From the NCBI RefSeq assembly GCF_006345805.1, contig NC_043003.1, positions 112,964,001-113,028,000 of the forward strand: a DNA stretch of 64,000 nt, written 5' to 3'. Position 1 is the first letter of the stretch. Each line of letters opens with the position of its first letter. Source of the DNA: Octopus sinensis. Its lineage: Eukaryota. This document shows positions 51,701 to 64,000 of this stretch, piece after piece. The notes beneath the pieces are model-generated. The model was not told the origin of the DNA and did no database searches. It was given only the letters and a program-made list of their open reading frames with translations. The translations under genes were made by a program, and so were the position numbers.

Positions 51701-52569
51701 ATATATATAGTAACCCATCAGTTTAATGTAAAATAGTTTTTTGATTGATTAAATATAATAAGCAAACAGCAACAACACACACAACACACACAACACACAC
51801 GCACACACAAACACGTACACACACACGTGTATATATATATATATATATATTCATGTATAAATATATATATATATATTTATATATATGCATATATATATAT
51901 ATAAATATAAATATAAGTATATATATATATATATTATATATATATACATATATACACATATACGTGACCACGCAGAATCGCTCGTTCATGCCAGATGCGT
52001 CGGCATACACACACTCTCTCTAACAACATACTATAACAATGCTTATAAACAAATTGCGAAATCTGAGACATTGACTTACAAAACCTTCACCAGATGAGAC
52101 GGCAAATCGGCAAATGTTAAATGATGATTTAGGAAATATTGCCATGAACTTCACAAAATATATAACAGCTGTTCATACTAAGATCATTTATTTTCGTTTT
52201 TAAGGCCCGTTCGTCCTTCTCTCCCTCTACTTTCTCCACTGTTGTTTCGTCTGCTCTATTTATTTGATAATAATCAGTTAAATTCCAGGTTTTTTAAGAA
52301 CCCAAGCCAGGTGGATGACTACTCAGATGCCTGAATTCAGATACAGTATATTATTTGTAGATTAGAGATACATTAACATTCCATATATTGTAACTCATTC
52401 CAGAAAAGATCTTATTTTAAAAATCACAGTAATAAAATAATAAATATACTTTTAGCATACAGTAGCAATTCGGCAAACTCGCACTCATACACTCACGCAT
52501 ATGTGTATACGAACATGTGTGTATGTATATCCATAATGCTTGTATGTACGTACGCGTATACATACATAT

Positions 52570-52837
52570 GCATATCAAATGTCTTTCTTCATCTAGAGAA
52601 ATATTTGAAAAGACTCCTCCATCTTATAATAAAACTTTACAGGATAGCGGCTTCACTGATGACTCTTTTATAACCCTCCATCTCCTCAACCATCTACTCA
52701 TCAGAGTAGGCACTGCAATAGTTTATGGCTTGTCCCGCTCTTTACCATAAATGTTCGGACACGTTAACAGACGATACTAATTTTTTTTATTAGACAATCA
52801 CTTTTTCATCAAACATAAAAATACGAAGGCATTTAAA
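52570..52837 (+). mobile_element. Penelope-like RT C-terminal/linker remnant
   Basis: CLSSSREIFEKTPPSYNKTLQDSGF...LWLVPLF...LLDNHF resembles LSS.E.IF....P.Y..AL..SG...IWFNPPF...LI..HF. Confidence 0.65.
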
Positions 52838-53236
52838 GGATCTTTTCGGTTTGAACGGCAGTGTTTTCTAGCGGTGTCATATGAAATTGTCACCCATAAT
52901 TATGACCCTAGAATCGATCTATTGCATTTCAATCTCTTTAAGTGTTAGGGTTAGGGGTGGTGGAAGGTTATCTTTTTTTCTTCACAAATCTAAATAAACC
53001 CAATCTGTTTCTTAAACGAGGAACATATTCATACGGCACAGAATGCTTTTTAACTCAATAGACGTCACTGATTGGTTGAAATTGCAGAAATTGAAGAAAA
53101 AAACAACAAATATCTTACAAACTATAGAATTTTCTCAAGAAAGCCAAGAGAAAAAGGTGTTTTATAAACACATTCTACCAAGTATACGAAGTTAAAATTT
53201 TTTTAGTTACCTAGAAATTATGTTAAAAACTGATCC
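52838..53236. mobile_element. Second copy of the 8-bp-TSD MITE; right TIR internally deleted
   Basis: Same body as 20634-21060; TSD CATTTAAA at 52830-52837 and 53237-53244. Confidence 0.92.
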
Positions 53237-54703
53237 CATTTAAAAGACACAAATAAAATCCCATGTTTGGAAGCGTCAAATGTGATTGGTATTTGCAGGC
53301 AAGAAAGTAAAATTTCGACGTTTCTAAAGTTTGTTTAGAAAATGTTGTCGCATTCAGATCGGTTTTGCTGTCAGTGATCTGTTTAGCTTAATGATAGAGT
53401 ACTCATTCGTTATTTGGTGGGTATGGGTTCGAGTCTGTTAGCCCACGCTGGATTTTTTTAATGTCTTTTATAAGGATAAATATCCAATCTTTCCCTGGTA
53501 TCCTTACAGCTTTACTACGTAGGAAATTTACTTTCTTTTCTGCAAAATACCAACCGTATTCGACGCTTACGAAGTTTGTATATACAAATATGTGCGTATA
53601 TGTGTGTGAACGTGCTTGTGTTGTATATTTTATATATGTATATATAATATTATATATATATATATATATATGAAGTTAATCCAAACAGAAAAAAACACAG
53701 AAAAAAACACAGCAACGTGAGGACGTGGAATAAATAAAGTATTATTGGACGCTCAGAAAAGAAGGGAAGAAGGAGGGTTTAACGTTTCGAGCGGAGCTCA
53801 TATATAATATATATATATATATATTATATATTATATATATATATATATATATATGCAGGTCCTTCTACCTATACTACAGGTATATTATTTTATTCATCCT
53901 TTCGAGATCGATAAATTAAGTACCAGTTGAGTACTGGGGTCGATGTGATCGACTGTCCCCCTCCCCACAAAACCAGGCCATGTGCCTATAGTAGAAAGGA
54001 TTATTGTTTTTTATTGACATTATTCTTATCTTCCTGCTCCTGCTCCTCCTCCTCCTCCTCCTACTCACTGTTGTTGTTATTATTTTTAGCATCACTATTA
54101 TTATAGTTATTATTACTATTTAGTCCCATACACAGTTGCTAGTTCAAGGCCATACACCACCAGTTGCATTCCCAGCTAAAAGTCTTGACCACACCCTGAC
54201 AACTGGTTCATTCCCTCATTTTTATGTGTCCCAAATTCTTGATTTTTTTTAATTGGCTACTTTTTCTTCCTTTCATTTGATTTTCAATGGAATCACGCAG
54301 ATTCACAATTCCATTTCATTTCAATATTATTTACTCGTACAACTTCTAGTCTCACTCATCCACAGTACCTCACTTTATATATCCTCTTTTTTTCTCTATC
54401 TTTCCTACTCCCTCACTCCTTTTATCCCCCTTTTCCCCTCCCTCTATATACATCCTCCTAACTTGGCAGCCAACTCACTGCTTTTACTATAAATTCTGAA
54501 ATATTTCCCTCAACTGCATCATATTTTGAAATGCTTTAACTGAGGAAGGTCTTACGTAATGGTTGAACTTCCTATTATATATTATGCTATTATGCGGAGC
54601 TGAAAATTATGTATTAAATTATTTCAAAACATCACCGTTTGGTCTGACTTCACTATTACAGTGTATGGATTGGTTTCTTTACATCCCAATAACGGTGGTT
54701 GTC

Positions 54704-55018
54704 GTGGAGGCACATGACATAGTGGTTTGAGCAGTGGACTTGCGGTCGAGGGATCGCGGGTTCGAATCTCAGACCGGACGATGTGTGTGTTTATGAGCGA
54801 AAACACCTACGCTCCACGCGGCTCCGGCAGAAGGTAATGGCGAACTTCTGCTGACTCATTCGCCACAACTTTCTCTCACTCTTTCCTCCTGCATCTTGCA
54901 GCTCACCTATGACGGACCGGCATCCCGTCCAGGTGAGGAACCTATACGCAAAGAAACCGGGAAATTGGCCCTTATGAGCCAGGCATGACTCGAGAAGAAA
55001 CAAACAAACAAAACAAAA
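54704..55018 (+). mobile_element. SINE family B with 11-bp TSD, nested in a family C remnant
   Basis: TAACGGTGGTT at 54690-54700 and 55021-55031. Confidence 0.9.
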
Positions 55019-55919
55019 ACTAACGGTGGTTCGGCAAAATAAACTGATATATTAAAACCCTTCAATATGCTGCTCTAGCATGGTCGCAATCCTACGACTG
55101 AAGCAAGTAAAAGAAATAAAAGTAATGAAAGACATACACGTACAGACACCCCTCTATATGATTCTGTGTGCATTGATGTATTACAGTTTGTTAACGAAAA
55201 GAAGATGTTATGTTGTGTCGAGTGTATTGTTTCTTTTGTCAGGAAATACTACAATGACTGTGTATCAAATCTAAATTGAGAACAATTTCGAGCTGCCATT
55301 TAAACAATAATTCCACAGAATAAATCAGATACATCAACACATGACACCACTCTCTGCAGAATTAATTTATAGACGTACAGAATGGGAATCAGGAAAAATG
55401 AGTAAGAAAACAACAGCCAAAATGGTCCATGAGAATAAACAATATAAAGATGATAGCAAAAAATACATTAATATCACCTTATTAAACCATTAAAATGAAA
55501 GAAAAGTGATAAAGATAATACCGCATTGAAAAGCGCCGACACCAATAAAATAATAATAAAAATGTTTTAACTTGTGTAATAATTGATGCGAAAATGTCTT
55601 GTTTTATATAGAAGTAGTTTCAAATATTTGATTTTGCATCTCTATGGTTTGTGAGATGGGCAAATTTTGCCACCAATGCGAATCATCTAGAGCTTTTTGA
55701 TAAAAATTTGGTTGAGTTAAAATGTTCAGATACACACACGTACACACACAAGCACGCGTGCACACACATGCAGATTAAATACAAATTTTCTGAGCAAAAT
55801 AACTCAAGATGCCCAGAGTTTTGAATTCGGAAAATAAGTGCAATGAAAATTCTAAGATAAATTCTTCATGTTTCTGGCATTGCACACACTCCCGCAAACA
55901 ACCAAACATACATTTAATA

Positions 55920-55946
55920 CATATGTATATATATGTATAATGTACG

Positions 55947-55977
<31 letters not shown>

Positions 55978-56295
55978 AATCTATATATATCTATATCTAT
56001 ATATATATATACTATCTATATATATTATATCTATATATATATATATATATCTATATTATATATATCTCTATCTATATATATATATATATCTATCTATATA
56101 TATATAATCTATCTATATATATATATATATCTATTATATATATATATCTATATATATATATATATCTACTATATATATATATATATCTATCTATATATAT
56201 ATATATCTATCTATATATATATATATATCTATATATATATATATATCTATATATATATATATATATCTATCGATATATATATATATATTCTATCT

Positions 56296-56364
<69 letters not shown>

Positions 56365-56874
56365 TTTACATAAATAAATAACGTGAAATACACGAAGGGG
56401 CGAACATAAGAGACAGACGGGTCATTCAAACCCTTCGTTCTTCAGTCAGAAACCGATTCCTCATCGCAGATTTCGGCTGTTTATTCTGAGATCCGCTCTG
56501 AATCGGCCAACCACAGAAGGAGAATGCAACGCAACAGAGACAACATGAAACGAAAAAAACTTTTTTGAAGACAGTAACGTTAAAAACATGGATGACACAG
56601 GCGACCTACGGCTTTGAGACAAAAGGAGACACAAAAACAATATCAGCAAGCGTGGAAAAATAATTACCTTTTCGGTGATGAGACAACATTTGAACAACCG
56701 CCGATGGCAACAGAATGGCTGAGGCAGCAAGTCGCAAGAGGTAAGAGAGAGAAAAGAGAGGGACCAGAGAGAGGGGACCAAGGAGGGTGGAAGGCGAGGA
56801 CAGAAGCAGTGACCAAGAGAGAGAGGGAGAGAAGGAATCAGAGAGGCTAGGAGAAATCGGCCAGCCACAGAAGG

Positions 56875-56918
<44 letters not shown>

Positions 56919-57115
56919 ATATATATACATATATATATATATCTATACATATTATATATATAATATATACATATATATATTATATACATATATATATTAT
57001 ATTACATATATATATATATACATATATAATATATATATATCCTATATATATATAATATATATAACATATATATATAATATATATATACACATATATATAA
57101 TACAATACATATATA

Positions 57116-57148
<33 letters not shown>

Positions 57149-57285
57149 TGTTATATATATATATATATACTATATTATACATATACATAATATATATATA
57201 CATATATATATATATCTATATATAATGTATATATATATATACATATATATATATATACATATATATATATATGTATAAGCCATAT

Positions 57286-57319
<34 letters not shown>

Positions 57320-57380
57320 TATATATAATTATATATATATATATATATACAACATATATATATATATATAATATTATATT

Positions 57381-57423
<43 letters not shown>

Positions 57424-57435
57424 ATATATATATAA
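55920..57435. repeat. Two long (AT)n-type arrays around a ~0.5 kb repeat remnant (56361-56877, possibly Penelope-derived)
   Basis: Directly visible arrays; internal CGGCCA(A/G)CCACAGAAGG direct repeat at ~56505 and ~56858. Confidence 0.85.
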
Positions 57436-60394
57436 TAGATGGATGGATGGATGGATGGATGGATGGATGGATGGATGGATATAGATGGATAGATAGATAG
57501 GTCAAGTCTGTGAACGGTTGAGCATTTGCTGTCATGTCTTATTCAACATTTCTTTATGAAGAATGTAGAAGAGGAATTAAAGAAATTTCCCTACGATTTC
57601 TAACTAGCAGTTTCATTTATGGCTTTCAAAATTTATATCTGCGAAATCTATTCTTTTCGCACCGTTCTCCTAATTAGTACCATTTCCATTAGTAAATGGC
57701 TGTATCGCTAGGGCAAAGAGCTGGAGGACTCAGATCATGCATTTATAATTTGAAGTCATGTACCGTATATTTTCTTTGTGCTACTTGAATCATTACCGAT
57801 CGGAATAAACGCTGAAGTTATGAAATTGCCTTACCAAGGCTTGTCAAGTGCGCACAAAGCAACTCAGCAGTTCTGTACACACTTACTCAGTACCTGAACA
57901 TTGATGGCATATAGAGATTTACTGAAAAGCTCCGATTAAGTGTAAAACGGATCCAACTACTGTCTGAATCCATTATGAAGGCCACCCGTCTGGATTTCTT
58001 TCATTAGTAATATTGGACAGTTTTTCTTTGTTCAGTTATCCACATCACTATTAATGCCATTAGAACAGAGTATAATAGACTTTGTATCAATTCATACTTA
58101 TTTTTCGTTTCATTCTTGCAAGTTCTTAAAATCAAAGTATTATCCAGAACATGCAGCCATGTAACCAAATTCTGCCTCCCCCTTTCTCTCTATCTCCATT
58201 TCTCTCCCCCTTTTCAATCTCAAAATACGAAAACTAATTCTTAAACAAGGAGTCAGAATAGAGTTATTTTGGTTTGATTGTGCAACGAATTGTAATTCCA
58301 AATTGTTAGGCCATTTTACATTCAAAATTCATATGCACATAAACATGATTTCTCTTTCCTTTCTTGCAGCGATATATAAAATAAATACCGAAACCTTTTA
58401 AGGCTTTCAACGACTATGTCCATTTCTATTCCATTACTAATATTACGGCAATATGATAGTTTAACAACTATATCTTTAAGGCAATGTTATAGACCATCAT
58501 CCTTCAAGTGAGGCAAGAATAACCAAACCATTAGAAAATCTAAGTATTTGTTAATATCTGTTATTGAAAGACATTGGGTCATGGAGTAGCAGCAGAGTTG
58601 AAAGACCAACTTTACACATGATCACTAATAAGGTAAAAATAACTGATGGTCGTACAAATATTGTTACTGGTTACTAGTTCTATTTGAAGAAATATTCTAT
58701 GCCCTGGAGGAGGGACATCATATCAATCATGCTTTCTTGCTTCGCACTATTCCAATTCCCTAAGATTAAATACCTTCATCATCTTCATGTGAAAATAATG
58801 ACATGTTTAATTTGCAACTAAGGACAGAGCCCTCTGAAGCCATTTCATTCTTATTCTAAATGAATATCGATAGTAATTTCTTTGCTGCATCACCTGTCTT
58901 CATTGCTTTCATTACATACTTTCACACCTGACCACATCTTGTTCTAAATTTGAAGCAGTTTTTCTGATGACTTACATTTATTGTATTTGAACAGCTTTTT
59001 CTTCTCAAACGCTCCCGTGTGTATCATGATATAAAATTTCTATTTACACGGTTTCTGTTTTAGATTCCTCGGTCGCTACTTCTTTAGTAACTAGGTTTCT
59101 ATATTACACCTGTTGCAGACTCATTGTTCGGAATTAAAGTGGAATATCAATCTTTTATATACATATCAAAAGATCGAATTTAGTAATTTAAAATTTGTTA
59201 CATCACAAATTTATTTCAAATAAATTCCAGTTATAAAAATGAACACATTCCACATAATTTTATTGAACATTTGCCCTTTCTAAATATGTGAGGTGAAATA
59301 CGTATAGTTCCTTGAGCTCGTCATAGTTTGTGCCTCAAAGAAGGTCAACCCTTGATCGTATGTATATATTTAGTAGCATATCATTGTTGAGGTTAACACC
59401 GGAAATAGGGGGTGCAACATGATAACCCTATATTTTGTTCATACTTCAAGAAGAATTATGACACCATACTAACCTAGCCGAGAGGCTTCTAAATTGCATA
59501 AAACTATTTTAAACTACAGCAACAATAGTGATAAATATGATGATGGTGATAATAATTCCGGAGATGCAGTACGAATTTTTGTCAGTGAACAGGTCGCGGT
59601 CTTATAGCGACGAAAATATTTTGACAAATTAAACTTAAATGTTGAAGTGAATCGAACGGCTTTTGTGTGTTTCTTAAATGCCTTACAAACACCTTCCACG
59701 CTGCAATTGTATTTTAAACTGCAACAAAATAAATGATTCTAGAGTTTGAAGGTGGAAGTTTTTTAACAACAAACTAGGCTCGATTCATTTATGTCAGAGT
59801 CTGACTATATATTGCGTATTTCATATCTCAGCAAAAAATTCCTAATGTGTGTGTGTGTATGTGTGTGTGTAACAGTGCTTATGCTAATATTTATGAGAAT
59901 ATGCGCAGATGTTGTACTAAAAGAATTAAACATTAATAAGAATCAAATATTAATAACCTTATACCGAATCTACTGTTAGATGGGTAAAGTTTCAACTTAC
60001 ACCCCACTTGGTATGCAACCAAGAACATTATCATTATTGTCAACAAGTCAATCAAGTTCACTTCCATTTCACACAAAAGTACGCTCGTCTGCTTCTCACC
60101 AAACCGTTTTGCCGTTAGAATGGCAGCTGATTTACGTGGTATTCATTACTTGCTAAAAATAACATATTTTTCAAATTCTTAATAAAAATTTCCAGTGATA
60201 CAAATATAAGTTCATGTCAGCCATTCCGTATTCAACACTAAGACGTTTTCTTACAAACATCAGGCTCCCCAATTTACTTGCTTTCTGATATTTTATGTAT
60301 ATTTTCAATCTCAAAGAAATACGAAACGGGATGGGAAGAAAAATTTTCAAACAAAGAAAACACGGAATTATTATCACCATCATCATATTTATCA

Positions 60395-60427
60395 CTATTG
60401 TTGTTGTAGTAGTAGTTGTTGTTGCTG

Positions 60428-60470
<43 letters not shown>

Positions 60471-60472
60471 TA

Positions 60473-60516
<44 letters not shown>

Positions 60517-60636
60517 GTAGTAGTAGTAGTAGTAGTAGTATTACTATTATTATTATTATTATTATTATCATTATTATCATTATTATTATTACTGTTATTA
60601 TTACTATTATTATTACTATTATTATTATTATTATTA
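60395..60636. repeat. (GTT)/(ATT)/(AGT) compound microsatellite
   Basis: Directly visible. Confidence 0.95.
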
Positions 60637-60850
60637 AGGCGAGGAGCGGCCAGAATTGTTGGTACGCCGGGCGAAATGCTTATCGGCATTTCGCCGGTCT
60701 TCCGTTCTAGGTTCTAATTCCGCCGAGGTCGACTTTACCTTTTGTGCTTTCGGTGTCAATAAAATAAGTACCAGTTGAGAGCTGAGGTCGCTGAAATCGA
60801 CTTATCCCCTCCCCAAAATGACTGGCCTTGTGCCAAAATTTGAAATCATC
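60637..60850 (+). mobile_element. SINE family A (alternative tail)
   Basis: Family head and body; tail CCCCTCCCCAAAA...GGCCTTGTGCCAAAATTTGAAA. Confidence 0.82.
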
Positions 60851-61740
60851 ACCGTTATTTTGTCCATTCTGAAAGATTCTCGAATAGTCCTTAATTACCG
60901 ATTATTCACTATTAAAGAACTAAAGCAATACCCCTTATTTTTTGAGCACCATGGAGTATTCGAGCGGTTCCAAGCAGTTCTGTTTTCTGCAAGTGCTCCA
61001 TCTTTGTTGCAGCCCCTATTTGTTCCATATACTTTTTCAAGATTTTTACTCTTATCATTGTGTATCTTTTAGACTTTTATTTATAGCTTTATCTACATCG
61101 AGTTCAGTCTTTAAAAAAACGTGTGTGTGTGTGTGCGTGCATATCTGTATGCATGTAAATGCACAGGAGCGCGAGCGGGTGTTTGTAGGTGTGTGTGTGA
61201 TTTGTGATCCCCGACACATTGCGTTCTTGCCTATAACACGTTCCTTCTCCAAAAATACTTCTCTGTCAATAAGTAGCACAATTTTGGGAAATTTATTGAA
61301 ACATAATACGGATCTATTCTAAAACGGGCACATATTTTCTTACAGCTCATCTGCATTGGCCTCACTGGAAACTGTTCTCCCTCGAGCAGCCACTAGAATT
61401 ATACAATTGGTTATGATGTTCCGTCTGTTTCATCTTCATCGGTGGGCCTACAGTCACAACCCGTGTTCAGGGATGTCCCCCACGAAACATATTTTTCTTT
61501 CAGCATGAGAATATTATTCTCCTTTAGCTAATAGACTCTTTCAATGTATTGTTTAACTCTTCCTTATTTGTCCGCCTGGGATTTCAAAGATATAGGTTAA
61601 GGGATTTGTCTACGTGTTCTTTGCGGGTGGGAACGCTACAAACTATGATAAATAGGTAGGGGATAAAACTTGAAATGAAAAAATAACAGAAACGCACACA
61701 CATTCATAAACACGCCTTTACAAATACATATATGGTCTGA

Positions 61741-61803
<63 letters not shown>

Positions 61804-62010
61804 ATATATAATATATATATATATACATATATATACACGCGCGTGTGTGCATATATATGCATGTACGTATGTGTATAAATATATAAGTATGCATATCTAT
61901 ACGTATATATGCAGTATGTATTTACACACACACACACCCATATATATATATATATATGTATGTATGTATGTATGTATGCATGTATATATGTATATATGTA
62001 TATATATATA

Positions 62011-62065
<55 letters not shown>

Positions 62066-62068
<3 letters not shown>

Positions 62069-62908
62069 GATGCGATGAATAAGATGCCGTCTAAATTACT
62101 CAAACTTGAAAATAAGACTGACATCTCATTTTAACAGATATACTTATCAAAATTATATCAAAATTTCTTGAAATACTGAAGAGTAAATCTTTTCAATCGA
62201 ATCGTCATTGGCTTCAACCACGGCCTCCATGTTACTTTTGTGGATGGTCTCCTTGTATAAACTGGTGAATGCTGCCATAATCCTTACCTTCAGTTCATCT
62301 TTGGTGTTTTGTTAGTCTCTCGCTTAGCTGCACTTCACTCATGATAATCAAGTCAGTTGCACTCTGTGGAGTTAGGTAGCCAGTATTTAGGAGTGATGTG
62401 GTCGCAAAAATTGTCTGACAGCCATGACTGGGTTCTCCTGCTTGTGTGGCATGGTGCAGAGTCCTCTTGCCAGACATGGGGTCTTCCAACAACCGCCCTT
62501 TTGACCTAGGGCAACACTACCTCCCGCAGGAACTTGATGTAGACCTCTGTGTTGAGTCTGAAGACGTGTGGGAAGATGAATGGAAACATAACGTCGCCAT
62601 CACTAGTGATGTTGACTGGATGTTTGATTTTTATCACTTTCGGTACAAGTACTCAGACTGCGCTGTCCTAAGTTTGACACCTAAACACTCTGAAATGTTC
62701 GTTCTGGAACTTCCGGCGTGAATGCCAAGCAGTACAGCATGTCGTTCTCAAATTTCTGGCAGAGCGAATTGTGCCATGGAACTGTTTTTCTCACAGATGG
62801 TGTGCAACTGACTCTAGTATAATGTTTGGTCGACAAAATCAGAAAGAAACAATGCGCATGCGCGAAATCAAATATATAAAATGCCCATAGTTTACCCATC
62901 GCACCCGG
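62066..62908 (-). mobile_element. Internally deleted Tc1/mariner DD37D-type element with both ends
   Basis: Reverse complement of the 17.1-17.7 kb transposase remnant; imperfect TIRs CAGGATGCGATGAATAA / CCGGGTGCGATGGGTAA in TA-rich flanks. Confidence 0.85.
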
Positions 62909-62916
62909 TGTGTGTA

Positions 62917-62991
<75 letters not shown>

Positions 62992-63084
62992 AATGTATCC
63001 ATTCATACATATACAGTTATGCAAAACTATATGTTTGTGTATGTATATGTTATCATTATTATTGTTGTTGTTATTATCGTTATT

Positions 63085-63300
63085 AAAGCGGTGAGCTAAC
63101 GCAATCGTGAGCACACCGGGCGAAATAAATAACAGTATATCGTCCGTCGGTACATTTTGAGTTGAAGTTCCGCCGAGGTCGAGTTTTCCCTTTGTGATTG
63201 GACGTCGATAAATTCAATACCAGTAAACACTGGGGTCGATGAAATCGACTTGCCCCGCCCCTCCAAATTTCAGGCCCTTGTGCCTTTAGTAGAAAAGATT
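63085..63300 (+). mobile_element. SINE family A (alternative tail) ending in (ATT)n
   Basis: Family match; tail GGCCCTTGTGCC...AGAAAAGATTATT. Confidence 0.82.
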
Positions 63301-63326
63301 ATTATTATTATTATTATTATTATTAT

Positions 63327-64000
63327 GAAAGACTCTCGGATAGTTCATAATTTAACGGTTCTTCTTTACTTGAAAGGAGGCAACAACAAATCACCAAAGG
63401 TTTCAATTAGTGTCTTCTCCTGTGATTCAAAGAGACAATACTCTCCTTAGAGTGTGAGCTGTACCCTGCAATCCTGTCTTCTGGATCACCTCGAGCCTGA
63501 CAACAGCCCCAATATTCTTAATATTTTTTTCAAAGCCCTTGGAAACTGCTCCTAATGCTCCAATTACCACCGGTATCACCGTTACTTTCCTCATGCCCCA
63601 TAACTTTCCTATCGCGTCCCATATTGGCTGGTATTTTCCAATCTTTTCTGTTTCCTTACATTTCACCCTCGAATCACCTGGTATTGCAACATCTATTATC
63701 TTTACTTCTTTTTCATCTGCCCAGAAAATAGCAATCCATCACAACCACATTCCTTTCTTTCGTTCACCTTCTTTCAGCAGTTGCATGATGACGACTGGGC
63801 CCCCGCTGCTTACCCGTGGGGCACACGCCAGGCAAGAAACCTTCATAAGGTGTTCCAGCCTCATTCACCTCTTTCTCATTTCTATTTTTATTTAACATTT
63901 CAGCACTCACGATGAGAGTTAAGGAATTTTAGACTGCATGACCACCAGTAATTTTTCCGTGTCACCATCACTGACAGGATCTCCACCCTAGGATATAGAA
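63327..64000 (-). mobile_element. R4/Dong-like LINE derivative: RLE C-terminus and 3' UTR joined to a probable 5' region
   Basis: KIIDVAIPGDSRVKCKETEKIGKY...LWGMRKVTVIPVVIGALG...QKT.L.GTAHTLRRVL. Confidence 0.85.

Noticed and set aside
58571-58632. Possible 62-nt plus-strand exon (AG...GTAAAA)
   Set aside because: Weak polypyrimidine tract, unrecognised peptide, no neighbouring exon to link; needs RNA-seq

Overview
AT-rich, microsatellite-dense eukaryotic DNA. The repeat families look like those of octopus (cephalopod) genomes; that assignment is my recognition, not a search result. I cannot support any host gene. The window is a mosaic of at least four tRNA-headed SINE families, decayed LINEs (Tx1/L1-like, R4/Dong-like, RTE-like), Penelope-like GIY-YIG remnants (one with a hammerhead-ribozyme core), Tc1/mariner DD37D-type fragments, an 8-bp-TSD MITE, Helitron-like MITEs and very long simple repeats. 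Nearly all long ORFs in the track are microsatellite read-throughs. The main candidate system is at 41.5-47.6 kb: a head-to-tail array of 1.8-1.9 kb elements, each encoding only a Tx1-type ORF1/gag-like protein (RRM-like region, CCHC knuckle, K/E-rich linker, conserved C-terminal domain) and no reverse transcriptase or endonuclease. The units carry conserved 5' and 3' hairpins. They end in nearly the same 3' terminal sequence as the commonest SINE family here and resemble the 3' end of a Tx1-like LINE. They appear to have inserted repeatedly at one site, in front of or inside a related ORF1. This suggests a LINE / ORF1-only element / SINE trio using one site-preferring retrotransposition machinery (inference).
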